64,000 bases of DNA. It comes from Nitrosopumilaceae archaeon (GTDB lineage: Archaea > Thermoproteota > Nitrososphaeria > Nitrososphaerales > Nitrosopumilaceae). Both the position numbers and the translations under genes were made by a program. Shown here piece after piece: positions 53,649-62,949 of this stretch. The stretch covers positions 2,688,001 through 2,752,000 of the forward strand of contig CBDCCK010000002.1 of assembly GCA_965214835.1 (NCBI GenBank), in the 5' to 3' direction. The stretch's first letter is position 1; each line of letters opens with the position of its first letter. Under the pieces are notes generated by a model, which was not told where the DNA came from, made no database searches, and saw nothing but the letters and a program-made list of their open reading frames with translations.

Positions 53649-53874
53649 GCCGATCTCTTTACCCGGCCCGCCGTAAATTGGCTCATCGAGTCTAGGATGC
53701 GCTTAGGTAGGTTTTTGCAGGCTGGCGTGATCGAGCACTGCTCAAAAATGCCTGTGGATACATGGAAGGCCCTCATTCATTGTCTGCATGTCCTAGCGCG
53801 CACACCAAAAGAACGGATCATGATCTTGACGCATCGTGCATATTTTGATAAAAAAGATCGTATATGGCCACGTC

Positions 53875-55394
53875 GTATGAGGTCACGTTCCTAAACCAGT
53901 TTCATGACCTCGTCTGCTACGGATCTGCCCCTTGCCCTCCATGTCAGTATGCACGTCATAAACTGCGACCACCTCCTCATCCAGAGTTCCCCTCCCTTGA
54001 TCTGCCCGCTTATCTTGCGGAAGACGACGGCGTAACGGAGGGCACGCTCTGCGGCGTTGTTTGTGGGATGCACGTTGTCGTGCTCCAGGAACGTAAACAG
54101 GTGCGGCAGCGAGCTTGTCAGTCTGCGCAGTACCGGGCCCAGGACGGGGTCGTCCGTGCTTTCCCGGTACCCGAACAGTATGTTGCGCAGCCAGGACTCG
54201 AACCTTCTGCGCAGATCCTTGCCCCTGTCCTTCCTCCTTGCCCTGACGGCGCTGCGGTACAGCTGCCGAAGCTGCTCGTACAGTATTCCCGCAAACAGCG
54301 GGGCGCCCTGCTTTTGCGCCGCGTATTTTGATACGCGCAGCTCGTGCGACCAGCACAGCTGGTGTCTGTCCTCCCCGTTGAACCTGTCATACACCGAATA
54401 TTTGTCAGATGTCACTATTCCGCCATACTTGTCCATGTGCCTGTCCAGGAACAGTGCGCCTCTGCTCGTATTGTACTCGACAAACACGCCGTTGTCCGTC
54501 TCGGCAGTCCATGTCCATATGCGGCTGCCGTTCATGCTGGCCGCAGTCTCGTCTATTCTGACGTTGGATGATCTCTTGATGCCGCCCAGGATCGCGCCTG
54601 ACGGCTTTTGCATAGAGTCGCATACCCCTCCGATCATGTTGATTACGGTCGATTTGGCGATGCTCCTGCCGGTAAAATCCTTGAGTGTGTCTGCCACGGA
54701 CTGCAGCGGCATGTGCCTTGCGCGCAAGGCAGACACAAGGGAGATCATGTGCTTGCCGTACCTGCCCCTCCTTGGGAGTCCGTCGTCTGCTGATATCATA
54801 ATGCCGCACAGTCTGCATGTGGCACGCTCGGTTATGTGCCGCGTCTCTGTCATCCTGACCGGTTCAAAGTCGATGATGTCCCGTATCAGGGCAGTTATGT
54901 CCATGGCCCTCCCGCACATGCACACCGGCGAGCACGTCCCGTCGTTGTCCTGGAACGTGTGAAGCACCGTCTTCTGTGGGTCGTGTCTTCTGGATGTCCC
55001 CTTGTGGCCCCTCTGGCCTCCCGGCTTTTTGCCGGTGCCACTGTTGCTACCGTTGCCACGGTTACTGGCCCTCTCCCTTTTCCGCTGCGCCTTTTGCCTC
55101 TTGTACTCTAGTGATTCTGCAGACGGTGGCGAGTTCTCGTTCTCGTAGTACCGGAGCCGCCTGTTCTGCTCCTCGATTGTCCTGTCCTTCTCCTTCATCA
55201 TCCTGCACATTGCCTTTTGGTTATTTTCTAGCGTGCTTATTCTGTCTGTGAATGATACGATTGTGGCCTCTAGTTCGCGGTATGTGGGTCGACGGCCTTT
55301 CATGTTGATGCTATGCAGGCATCGTATTTGATCAGCATGATCGCAATATGTTAAACAGGTTGTCAAAACACGTCAAAACTAGGTGACCTCGTAC
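53875..55394 (-). mobile_element. IS66 type 2, copy B (intact; no TSD)
   Basis: Ends GTATGAGGTCACGT / AGGTGACCTCGTAC. Confidence 0.92.
53891..55303 (-). CDS. IS66-family transposase
   Basis: RIDET, SDKY, QLCWSH, TNNAAERALR. Confidence 0.92.
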   Translation of the reverse strand: MKGRRPTYRELEATIVSFTDRISTLENNQKAMCRMMKEKDRTIEEQNRRLRYYENENSPPSAESLEYKRQKAQRKRERASNRGNGSNSGTGKKPGGQRGHKGTSRRHDPQKTVLHTFQDNDGTCSPVCMCGRAMDITALIRDIIDFEPVRMTETRHITERATCRLCGIMISADDGLPRRGRYGKHMISLVSALRARHMPLQSVADTLKDFTGRSIAKSTVINMIGGVCDSMQKPSGAILGGIKRSSNVRIDETAASMNGSRIWTWTAETDNGVFVEYNTSRGALFLDRHMDKYGGIVTSDKYSVYDRFNGEDRHQLCWSHELRVSKYAAQKQGAPLFAGILYEQLRQLYRSAVRARRKDRGKDLRRRFESWLRNILFGYRESTDDPVLGPVLRRLTSSLPHLFTFLEHDNVHPTNNAAERALRYAVVFRKISGQIKGGELWMRRWSQFMTCILTWRARGRSVADEVMKLV

Positions 55395-55430
55395 GAAAAA
55401 AATAGTGAAAATGTAGCTTTTTGTGATAGT

Positions 55431-55484
55431 CAAAAGTTACATTATGACATTTGCGGGCGGCCAAAAGTTACATTATGACATTTG
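55431..55484 (+). repeat. 23-bp direct repeat x2 (31-bp period)
   Basis: CAAAAGTTACATTATGACATTTG at 55431 and 55462. Confidence 0.9.
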
Positions 55485-55792
55485 GGAAAAACCCGCCCTT
55501 AAACGAAAAATTACAGATACGGTACGTGGCTGAAAAAAAATACTATAGAAGGGTGCGCAAGCAGGGCAACAGCCTCGTCATCACCGTTCCAAAGGCGCTG
55601 GTAGAGGATCTCGGTATTGACGAGGACCAGATCGTCGAGTTCGTGGCGCTCCCGGACAGGCTGGAGCTGATCCCCGCGCATCCGGCAGACACCCCGGAGA
55701 AGGGCAGGACAAAGTACGACAGGGTTCTGGACGACATGATGGAAAAGGCGGATCTGCCTGCAGACAAGCTGAAAAAACTCCACATCAAATGA
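55475..55792 (+). CDS. AbrB/MazE-type DNA-binding protein
   Basis: RRVRKQGNSLVITVPK....LGI.....VEF; start codon uncertain. Confidence 0.8.
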   Translation: MTFGKNPPLNEKLQIRYVAEKKYYRRVRKQGNSLVITVPKALVEDLGIDEDQIVEFVALPDRLELIPAHPADTPEKGRTKYDRVLDDMMEKADLPADKLKKLHIK

Positions 55793-57581
55793 CGCCTGCC
55801 ATCACGCCGCGCCTCTCTTTTTCGTCAAGGCCGGCGAGGATCTCGTGGACCTTTGGGTTCTTTGACCACACGTGACACTGCTCGAATCCGAGCTTCCTCC
55901 ACTTTGTCATGTTGTATCTCACATGCTCCGGATGGCTCCGGACCTCCGATATGGACTCTATCTCTATGCTTATCGGCGTCCTGTTGGTATAGTCATAAGC
56001 AACAAGGTCGGTCCTGTCGGTGCCCTTTCTGATCCTCTGGGATGCAGGCGTCACGAACATCCCCTTTTTGATGTACGACTCGAAGACCTTCTGCGTGAAC
56101 TCCTCTATCTCCTGGGCCGAGCCGATCTCGGCAAAACTCGGCTCAAAGTATGCGGATCGGGAGTCTCCGGTCAGCTCGTACGCTGACAGCCGGTTCTCCG
56201 GATCCGTCTTTGTTATGACCCCGCGGGCCACCATGGCCTTGAGAACCTCGAGTACCTCGGACCTGTTGGAGACCCAGAGGTTTGAGACCATCTCGACCTG
56301 CTGCATGGGCCGCCCCCGCAGCATCAGCATTATCTGCCACTCCATGTGTGCAGGGAACCTGACAGATATGCTCTCAAGCCACTTGTTCCTGTTTGCCGCC
56401 GTCTGCCTGACTATGGTATCCTCCACGGTTCCAGCGCCGTATCTAGCAAGCTGCCCGGAGACGAACCGCTCGTACTGACTGCCGCCAGTCAGAAGTTCAG
56501 GAGGCATGTTGAGCCAGAACTGTATGGGCGGCGGCTGCTCCTGTCCCGGCGGCGCCTTTTCGCGCACCGTCCAGTGAAAGTACTCCTGACTTGCAAACTG
56601 CTGCATGAGCTCCTTTTGGAACTGCGGATCCCATATCTGCGCTATCCTTGAGGCGTCCCTGCCGTTGACCTTGCCAGTCAGCTGCGTGCCCGAGTTTCCC
56701 GTGATGAGTCCAAGCTGCCTGTCGCTTATCTGCTCGGTCGTCTGGTGTGACAGTATCAGCCCCAGCCCCAGCGAGCGGGCCTGCTCCAGCATCAGCTGAA
56801 GCACCTGCAGGTCCTTTACTATCTGGAACTCGTCGAGAGCCAGAACCACCTGCGTCCTGTCCCCCTCATCTGGTACCCTGTTTGCGCGCTCCTGTATCGT
56901 AAACCACAGCTTCAGTATGAATGCCTGCATGGCAAGCGGTTGGACGTGGTGCGGCATGTTCAGCGGCGATATCCTGACTACGGTATACCTGCCCGCCTTT
57001 ATTATCTCCTCAAAGTCGACGGTTCCGTGCCTTACGGCAAACATCCGCTTCAGGACGGGATCGGTTGCAAACTGCTCTATCCTATTGAGTAGTGGAGTAA
57101 ACGCGTCGCCCTTGAGCGTGGAGATGCCCTTGAGCGCCTGCTCCATCTCGGGATCCGGGTCGCCGAAGGTCTGTATTATCTGCGGCAGGGCGCCGTTTCC
57201 GCCGTCCTGCAGCCTCAGTATTATGTCGTGTATGTCAAGGAAGGTGGGCGCATCATGCTTCATGTAGATATAGAACAGCAGGGCGCGAAATATCCTCTCC
57301 ATCTGCACAAAGCTGGTCGACTGCTGGTACCACTCCTCTATCGTCTTCATGAAATAGCCGACATACCGTGACACCACCTCCTGGCGCTCGCCGGGGTCAT
57401 GCGCTGGCAGCTCAAGGGGGTTGATCGAGAATCTCGTCTGCTGCGGGTCAAGAAAGTGTATCCTGCCGCCCTTCATGGTGGCCTCCTCGCACTGCTTGAC
57501 GAATTTGTGGGAGTCGTCCCCCTTGGGGTCTACATACACAAAGGCGTTGGGAAACTCCCCGGAGTTGTTCCATGCCTCCAG

Positions 57582-58666
57582 AGAAGCAATCCGTAATTAA
57601 ATTACGAGTGGCAGGTTGCAGTTGTTTTCTGCCGTGTTTTTCAGGCCACAGCAGCTATCCGTTCCAGTATCCTCAGGTTGACCAGCCCGCACACGATACT
57701 GTTGGCCAGATCGTACTTTCTGAGCCTGTTTCTGTACTTGTAGCTCATTATCTTGAATGTCTTGACCCTGCGTATGCCATTCTCCACGTACACCCGTATC
57801 TTTGAGTGTGTTCTGTTGTACTCTTTTTCATCGTCGGTCAGCTTGCCGCCAGGACTCTTCTTGATTGGAAGTATAACCTTCGTCCCTGCATCGATGTGCT
57901 GCGCACCCTGGTATCCGCGATCCATATAGTGCCGCAGCTCCTCGCCGTCCTCCTCACCGCTCCAGAACGTGGGGTGCTTCATCTGGTATATCTTGACGTC
58001 GTTTACGCGCCCCGGCGAGTGCGGGGTCTTGTGCACTATGGCACCGTGTATGTTGACCGTATACTGGACCTTGGCCGTGTGCGTGCCTGCCTTGCCCGAA
58101 TAGTGCGACTTTTCCATGTCCTTTCTCTTGGGCCTGTTTGTGGGCTGCTCGGAGGCGTCAGTCAGGCACACCATCCCCGGGAAGATCTCGGCCAGCTCCT
58201 CGACTGAGGAGATCCTCTTGGAGTCCTTGTAGATCTTCTCGGGGATCGGCAGGCATTGTTTTAGCAGGGGCTCAGTCAGGCTTATGGAGCGCGAGACCGA
58301 CGCCTGTCCTATACCGAACATGGCGCCAGCCACGTCCTGGGAGACGTACGTCCTGTAGTAGAACAAGACCAGCAGTACGCGGTTCCTCAGATCCAGGGCA
58401 AAGGGCCTGCCTGCGCCTATATCCCGCACACGGTCGGGCCTTGAGAGCCTCTTCTTCTCGGTATCTGGAAATTTCTTTTGCACCTCGGTACACAGCTGGT
58501 CAAACTCTGCCTCGGTCATTCCTGCAAACATCCGGAACGTCCGTGGGTTTTTTGTCAGTCTATCGATCAAACACATGATTTGTACATGGTTTTACAGGTA
58601 TTTTGATCCGTCAGGCATAGATTAGTGCCCAAGTGGGTCAAAATCTGCTAATTAAGAATCGCTTCT
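57582..58666 (-). mobile_element. IS5-family (ISL2-like) element, copy 2
   Basis: Near-identical to 17352-18436; TSD CAG. Confidence 0.92.
57641..58576 (-). CDS. IS5/ISL2-like transposase
   Basis: Near-identical to 17411..18346. Confidence 0.9.
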   Translation of the reverse strand: MCLIDRLTKNPRTFRMFAGMTEAEFDQLCTEVQKKFPDTEKKRLSRPDRVRDIGAGRPFALDLRNRVLLVLFYYRTYVSQDVAGAMFGIGQASVSRSISLTEPLLKQCLPIPEKIYKDSKRISSVEELAEIFPGMVCLTDASEQPTNRPKRKDMEKSHYSGKAGTHTAKVQYTVNIHGAIVHKTPHSPGRVNDVKIYQMKHPTFWSGEEDGEELRHYMDRGYQGAQHIDAGTKVILPIKKSPGGKLTDDEKEYNRTHSKIRVYVENGIRRVKTFKIMSYKYRNRLRKYDLANSIVCGLVNLRILERIAAVA

Positions 58667-60228
58667 CAGGTGCTTTGCAAGGATCCGGATAAGCGAGGTC
58701 TTGCCGGAGCCGGACGCGCCCACGGCATATATGTGGTTGGCAAAGTCAGTGGTCGATATTACCGCGGCATCCGCGTCCTTTGACTTGGAGATGCGCCCCC
58801 AGAGCGAGCCCCAGTCAAAGGCGGGATCGTCCCTTGGCTTGAAGAATCCGATGCACGATCCCGCCTTCTCGGAGGGCTTGGCCGGAATCGCCACGCCCCG
58901 CGTGGTGTCTATGTTGGGGGTAGACGGGTTTGGCAGGTGGATAAACAGCGGTATCTCAGACAGATTCAGGATCAGAAACGGCAGCGGCGCCCGCTCCCTG
59001 TATCCTCCGAGCCAGCCCTTCTCAAAGTACCGCGAGGATGCCGCATCCAGGAACGGCCTCGGGTCAGGCAGCAGCCTGGACTCGAAGATCCTGATCCTCT
59101 GATGTTTCCCGTCGTCCCCGTGAATGCGCACCAGGGGCGCCTTTTTGCCCTCCGAGTAGAAGCTGCCGTACCCGTACCGGAACTTTGTGAGGTGCTCGTG
59201 GCCCGAGCGTATGTTCTCAAGCGGCAACGCCTCTATCTCGTCAAAGTGCAGGTCGATGTCCGAGTCGCTCTGCACCAGCCCGCGTATGCTCATCAGCAGG
59301 TGCGCGCTCTGCATCTTGAGCGTGGCGTGCTTTTGCAGCCCGGCATAGTTATTGGCAAAATCATACCCGAGCTCGGGGTGCTCGTGGGGCTGCTTGTCCG
59401 GATGCATCAGTATCTCCGCAGTCGACAGGTACTTGCCGCGCCTTATCTCTATGTTCTTCTCGTCCAGCCTGGTCACGTGCCTGCGCAGAAACGAGTTAAA
59501 GCTGTAGTGCCGGAACGCAAACTGTATCCACGCGTACTTTGAGAGCTGGATGGTGTTTGCGATCTGCGTTATTATCTGGTGTGACTTTGTCTGGTCGAAT
59601 ACTGCCGTATAGTGGCCGTGGTACGTCCCCACGTCAAAGACCTGGTACTCGGATCTTGCGTCAAACCATCCGGGGGTTATACTCTTGAGGTTCTCAAAGG
59701 CCGCGTTGGGGTACATGTTTGCAAAGGCCTGCCGAAAGCTGGAGAGATCCTGCGCCTCGCCTGCCAGGACGAACTGCAACCGCTTTTCTGCCCCGTCCCA
59801 CCAGATCTCAAAGCTGCGTATGCCGGCGCTTGCAAGCCCTCCTGCCGACAGGACGGCCTCCTTTTTGTCCATGGCTACCGGGACCATTACAGAACACGCA
59901 GACATCCTGCCGGGTGCCGGAAGGAACTTTTTTACTTTGTCCAGCTGTCCCTTTTGCTTTTTTGCGTTTGCAAGACGCCATCGCCTCGAACCCAAGCCCT
60001 CAAAAAATACCGCGGTATTATATAAGGCGGCATCGCCCCCGTTTTTGCATCATGCCAATTCTGCGCGTTCATAGCGTGCACATCAAAAAATGAATCATGA
60101 TTTTGACATGCGGCGCCTGTTTTGACACAAATGTTTGATTTTCAGCTGTGTGCACTGCCTGTGGCATGCTGCATAATCCGGCACGCAGTCTACGCGCTCT
60201 GCAAAAAAAAATATCGTGTGGTTCCGGC

Positions 60229-61059
60229 TCAGGCCGCCATCTTGTACAGACCCCGGGCGTTGCTCATCACGGGATCGTCCGGAATCATGACCTTGAACTT
60301 CTTGAGCCCCGACAGCAGTATGTCGTTCATTCCGGGAATCAGCAGCCCGCCCCCGGACAGCGCTACTGGGTACCTGTCGTCATAGTTTTCTGACACCTCG
60401 CAGATCTCGCGGACGAGGTTCTCTGCCATTATCTTGGAGTACGACTTGCACACGTCCTGGTTCCTGACCAATCTGGGTATGTCCAGGTGCGCAAACTTGC
60501 CGATCTTCTTTGTGACAAAGCCAGACGCCCACCCGGAGCTCTCCCCGTCGATGACCTCCAGGTCGTCTATTACTATAATCTCGGTGGTGCCCTGCCCGAT
60601 CGACACCACGATGCCGCTCTCCCGGCCGAGATCCACCAGGGTGCCCGATGCCTGCGCCACAACAATGCACTTTTCTGCGCCCAGCGTCTTCTTGACCAGC
60701 CTGACCATGGGATCCCGGTAGTCAAATGCGTGGTACGGCAGGCCTACTGCTGCCCGGACGGCCTTGTCCTCCCCTGCAGGAATCTTTGCAAGCTTGCGAA
60801 GCTGGGTCATCGTCTCCTTGAGGAGCATCTCGACCTGCCTCTGGTACCTCTGGTCGGGCCTTCCCCTGCGGATGGGGCTTATGGCAGACGTCCCCATCGT
60901 GGATATAACGGCCTGCGCCTTTTCTCCGACCATCTCGGAGTCCTTGCTTGTCCAGTGTCCGTGGACGCGCTTTACGTATACTGACGGAAAGCGCACAGAG
61001 CCGTAGTTTGAGACACACTTTACGAATCCGGTTCCGATGTCAAGTCCTATCTTCAGCAT
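60229..61059 (-). CDS. Actin-like ATPase (ParM/MreB-like)
   Basis: IGLDIGTGFVK, SIGQGTT, LSGGG, NARG. Confidence 0.82.
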   Translation of the reverse strand: MLKIGLDIGTGFVKCVSNYGSVRFPSVYVKRVHGHWTSKDSEMVGEKAQAVISTMGTSAISPIRRGRPDQRYQRQVEMLLKETMTQLRKLAKIPAGEDKAVRAAVGLPYHAFDYRDPMVRLVKKTLGAEKCIVVAQASGTLVDLGRESGIVVSIGQGTTEIIVIDDLEVIDGESSGWASGFVTKKIGKFAHLDIPRLVRNQDVCKSYSKIMAENLVREICEVSENYDDRYPVALSGGGLLIPGMNDILLSGLKKFKVMIPDDPVMSNARGLYKMAA

Positions 61060-61119
61060 GCAATACAAGGCATCAGAGCAATTTAAGGGGCAGATGGCCT
61101 GCGTTTGGAATCCAGAGTG

Positions 61120-61192
61120 TGGACGGGCCGGGATTTGAACCCGGGCATCTTGGGTGACAACCAAGCACATTACCAGGCTATGCTACCCGCCC
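61120..61192 (-). tRNA. tRNA with GUC (Asp) anticodon and Ala-type acceptor stem
   Basis: Full cloverleaf GGGCGGG-TA-GCAT-AGCCTGGTA-ATGT-G-CTTGG-TTGTCAC-CCAAG-ATGC-CCGGG-TTCAAAT-CCCGG-CCCGTCC-A. Confidence 0.9.
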
Positions 61193-61225
61193 ACAAGGTT
61201 TAATTGATGAGATATCCTATAATTG

Positions 61226-61265
61226 TTAGGTGACAACCAAGTGCGCTAGCCATACTATGCTAGCC
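61226..61265 (-). pseudogene. tRNA fragment (D-arm plus GUC anticodon arm)
   Basis: TAGCATAGTATGGCTAGCGCACTTGGTTGTCACCTAA resembles the 5' half of the adjacent tRNA. Confidence 0.65.
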
Positions 61266-61346
61266 TTTTTTTCAAGTTTGGGAAAAACTGGCCGGAACGT
61301 CCAGACGGCATCATCGCCGCTTTTCCAAAAACCGCGGATCGGCGGA

Positions 61347-61429
61347 TGGTCGTAGTAGTCTTGTTGTTGTCGCTCTTCCGGACTGCACCCAAGAACAGTG
61401 GGCCGCATTACCGAAAGACGCAACGACCA
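61347..61429 (-). ncRNA. tRNA-like structure with GUU loop and aberrant T-arm
   Basis: 7-bp TGGTCGT/ACGACCA closing stem, GCGT/ATGC arm, GCCCA-CTGTTCT-TGGGT arm. Confidence 0.35.
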
Positions 61430-61457
61430 GAAAAACAAAAAAGGGATTTAAGGGAAC

Positions 61458-61625
61458 TCAGACTGTAAACAGGCCCCGCTTGAACTCTTCCGTGTCGCGT
61501 ATCATCCCGCAGTCCCTGCAGCACTGCCAGGAGCGGTGCCTTAGCAGCCTCAGCGGGGCGTCATAACTTACAGAATGCATCGCGCCGCCGCATCTGGGGC
61601 ATTTCAGTGGAATCCTGACTATCAC
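61458..61625 (-). CDS. Small Zn-finger protein (55 aa, not in the ORF track)
   Basis: GTG start; MIVRIPLKCPRCGGAMHSVSYDAPL...WQCCRDCG. Confidence 0.7.
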   Translation of the reverse strand: MIVRIPLKCPRCGGAMHSVSYDAPLRLLRHRSWQCCRDCGMIRDTEEFKRGLFTV

Positions 61626-61652
61626 GGTTTCAAACTGGACATACGATAAAAG

Positions 61653-62309
61653 TCAGGAAAAAACCGTCATGGCAACGGCGACAACAAAACCCAAGACCAC
61701 CGCTGCCGCCATGAACGGAAATGCGGGCATCGCCCACGTCACAAACACGCCGCGGCGCGTCTCGTACTCCGAATCCGGATCAGGCGTTCTGAGGTCGATC
61801 GTCTTCTGTCCGGACTTTGACTTTTCCGCACAGAACGTAAACCGCTCATGCTGCCGCCTCCTGTGTACCGAATAAAACGCCGCGGCCTTGACGTGCCATG
61901 GCGCATCCATTCCAACAAAGAGCCTCCGGCGGTACGCATCCTCCAGGTTGTACCGCAGGTTGTAAAGCAGCGCGGCCACGTGCTCCAGTACCAGGCCCCC
62001 GAGGAACATTACGGCGGGATTCATCACTCCAAACGACACGGGACACACCACACAGCTGGATAGTATGGCAAGCACGTCGGCCTCGCCCATCGGAAAAAAC
62101 CTCCATGCCAGGAGGGCCATGGCCCCGCCTGTCCCCATCGAGAACAGCACGAAATAGTCCACGGTACTCCAGTCAAAAATATACAGTGCGGCGCCTGCGA
62201 CCCCTCCCACTATCCAGATGTAATCGGGAATCTCCCGCGTCCGGACATCGTGATACGAGGCGGCCCCCAGCATTGCAAGCAGCATGGCAAGGCGCAGCAT
62301 CTCCAGCAT
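61653..62309 (-). CDS. A24-family prepilin/archaellin peptidase
   Basis: ASYHDVRTREIPD, MGEAD, PAFPF; multi-TM. Confidence 0.85.
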   Translation of the reverse strand: MLEMLRLAMLLAMLGAASYHDVRTREIPDYIWIVGGVAGAALYIFDWSTVDYFVLFSMGTGGAMALLAWRFFPMGEADVLAILSSCVVCPVSFGVMNPAVMFLGGLVLEHVAALLYNLRYNLEDAYRRRLFVGMDAPWHVKAAAFYSVHRRRQHERFTFCAEKSKSGQKTIDLRTPDPDSEYETRRGVFVTWAMPAFPFMAAAVVLGFVVAVAMTVFS

Positions 62310-62393
62310 ACACGCAAACTGTAGGCGGCATAAAAGCGGCCTGTATCCGGACGGATGATCCGGCCTGTGCGGGTAAGGCGCCTGCCCGCCCGT

Positions 62394-62942
62394 CTAAAGC
62401 CCGCATATCAGGTCGTGCAGCTCGCGTATCACGGCATCGTGCCGTCCAAGCCGCTTTATCGTGGGCTTTCTGAGCGCGATTATCTGCCTGCCGACGTGTG
62501 TCGCAAACCCGCTGCGGCACATCCTGCTCGTCGTGTTCCGTATTGACTTTCTGGAGTATATCCTGGCAAGCTGTTCTGCCAGCTCGTCTGAGGGATAGAG
62601 CAGCCTCGTCCCCTGCGCGGCCTGATACGTATTCACCACATACGCCTCAGTCAGTATGCACATGCACAGAAACGAGACGCCGAGGATGCCGCGCAGGACG
62701 CATATCCTGCCTGTGCGGGTAAGGCAGTACCGCCTGCCGGATGTATCGTCTGCCTTTTCCAAAAGTCCCTTTTTGACCTGCTTTGATACAAAGTCATACA
62801 TGCCGCCTCCGTCGTCTCCGGGCATGTCGCGCGTGCTGAGCTTTTTGTGCGGATAGAACCTGGCCAGCAGCCCCGTCCTCCTGCTGCCTGTCTTTTGCCT
62901 GTTTTTTGCCAGGTGCATCAGCCTGCTGCGCGCATCGGTCAT
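62394..62942 (-). CDS. Hypothetical protein with possible wHTH domains
   Basis: KKGLLEK...RYCLTRTG wHTH-like pattern. Confidence 0.55.
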   Translation of the reverse strand: MTDARSRLMHLAKNRQKTGSRRTGLLARFYPHKKLSTRDMPGDDGGGMYDFVSKQVKKGLLEKADDTSGRRYCLTRTGRICVLRGILGVSFLCMCILTEAYVVNTYQAAQGTRLLYPSDELAEQLARIYSRKSIRNTTSRMCRSGFATHVGRQIIALRKPTIKRLGRHDAVIRELHDLICGL

Positions 62943-62949
62943 GGCAGCC

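Larger units (their letters stand above)
55785..59995 (-). pseudogene. VirD4/TraG/HerA-like ATPase with C-terminal wHTH and PD-(D/E)XK domain, split by IS5
   Basis: GASGSGKT, VDPKGD, LDEFQ, ARS.GL.LILSHQ; rejoins in frame across TSD CAG (AKHLEAWNNSG). Confidence 0.85.

Noticed and set aside
61060-61170. N-terminal extension of the actin-like ORF
   Set aside because: It overlaps the tRNA; the ATG at 61059 directly precedes the phosphate-1 motif.
61120-61265. tRNA as an integration site with att duplication
   Set aside because: The partial copy is adjacent, diverged and corresponds to the 5' half; island genes lie on both sides and no integrase is visible.
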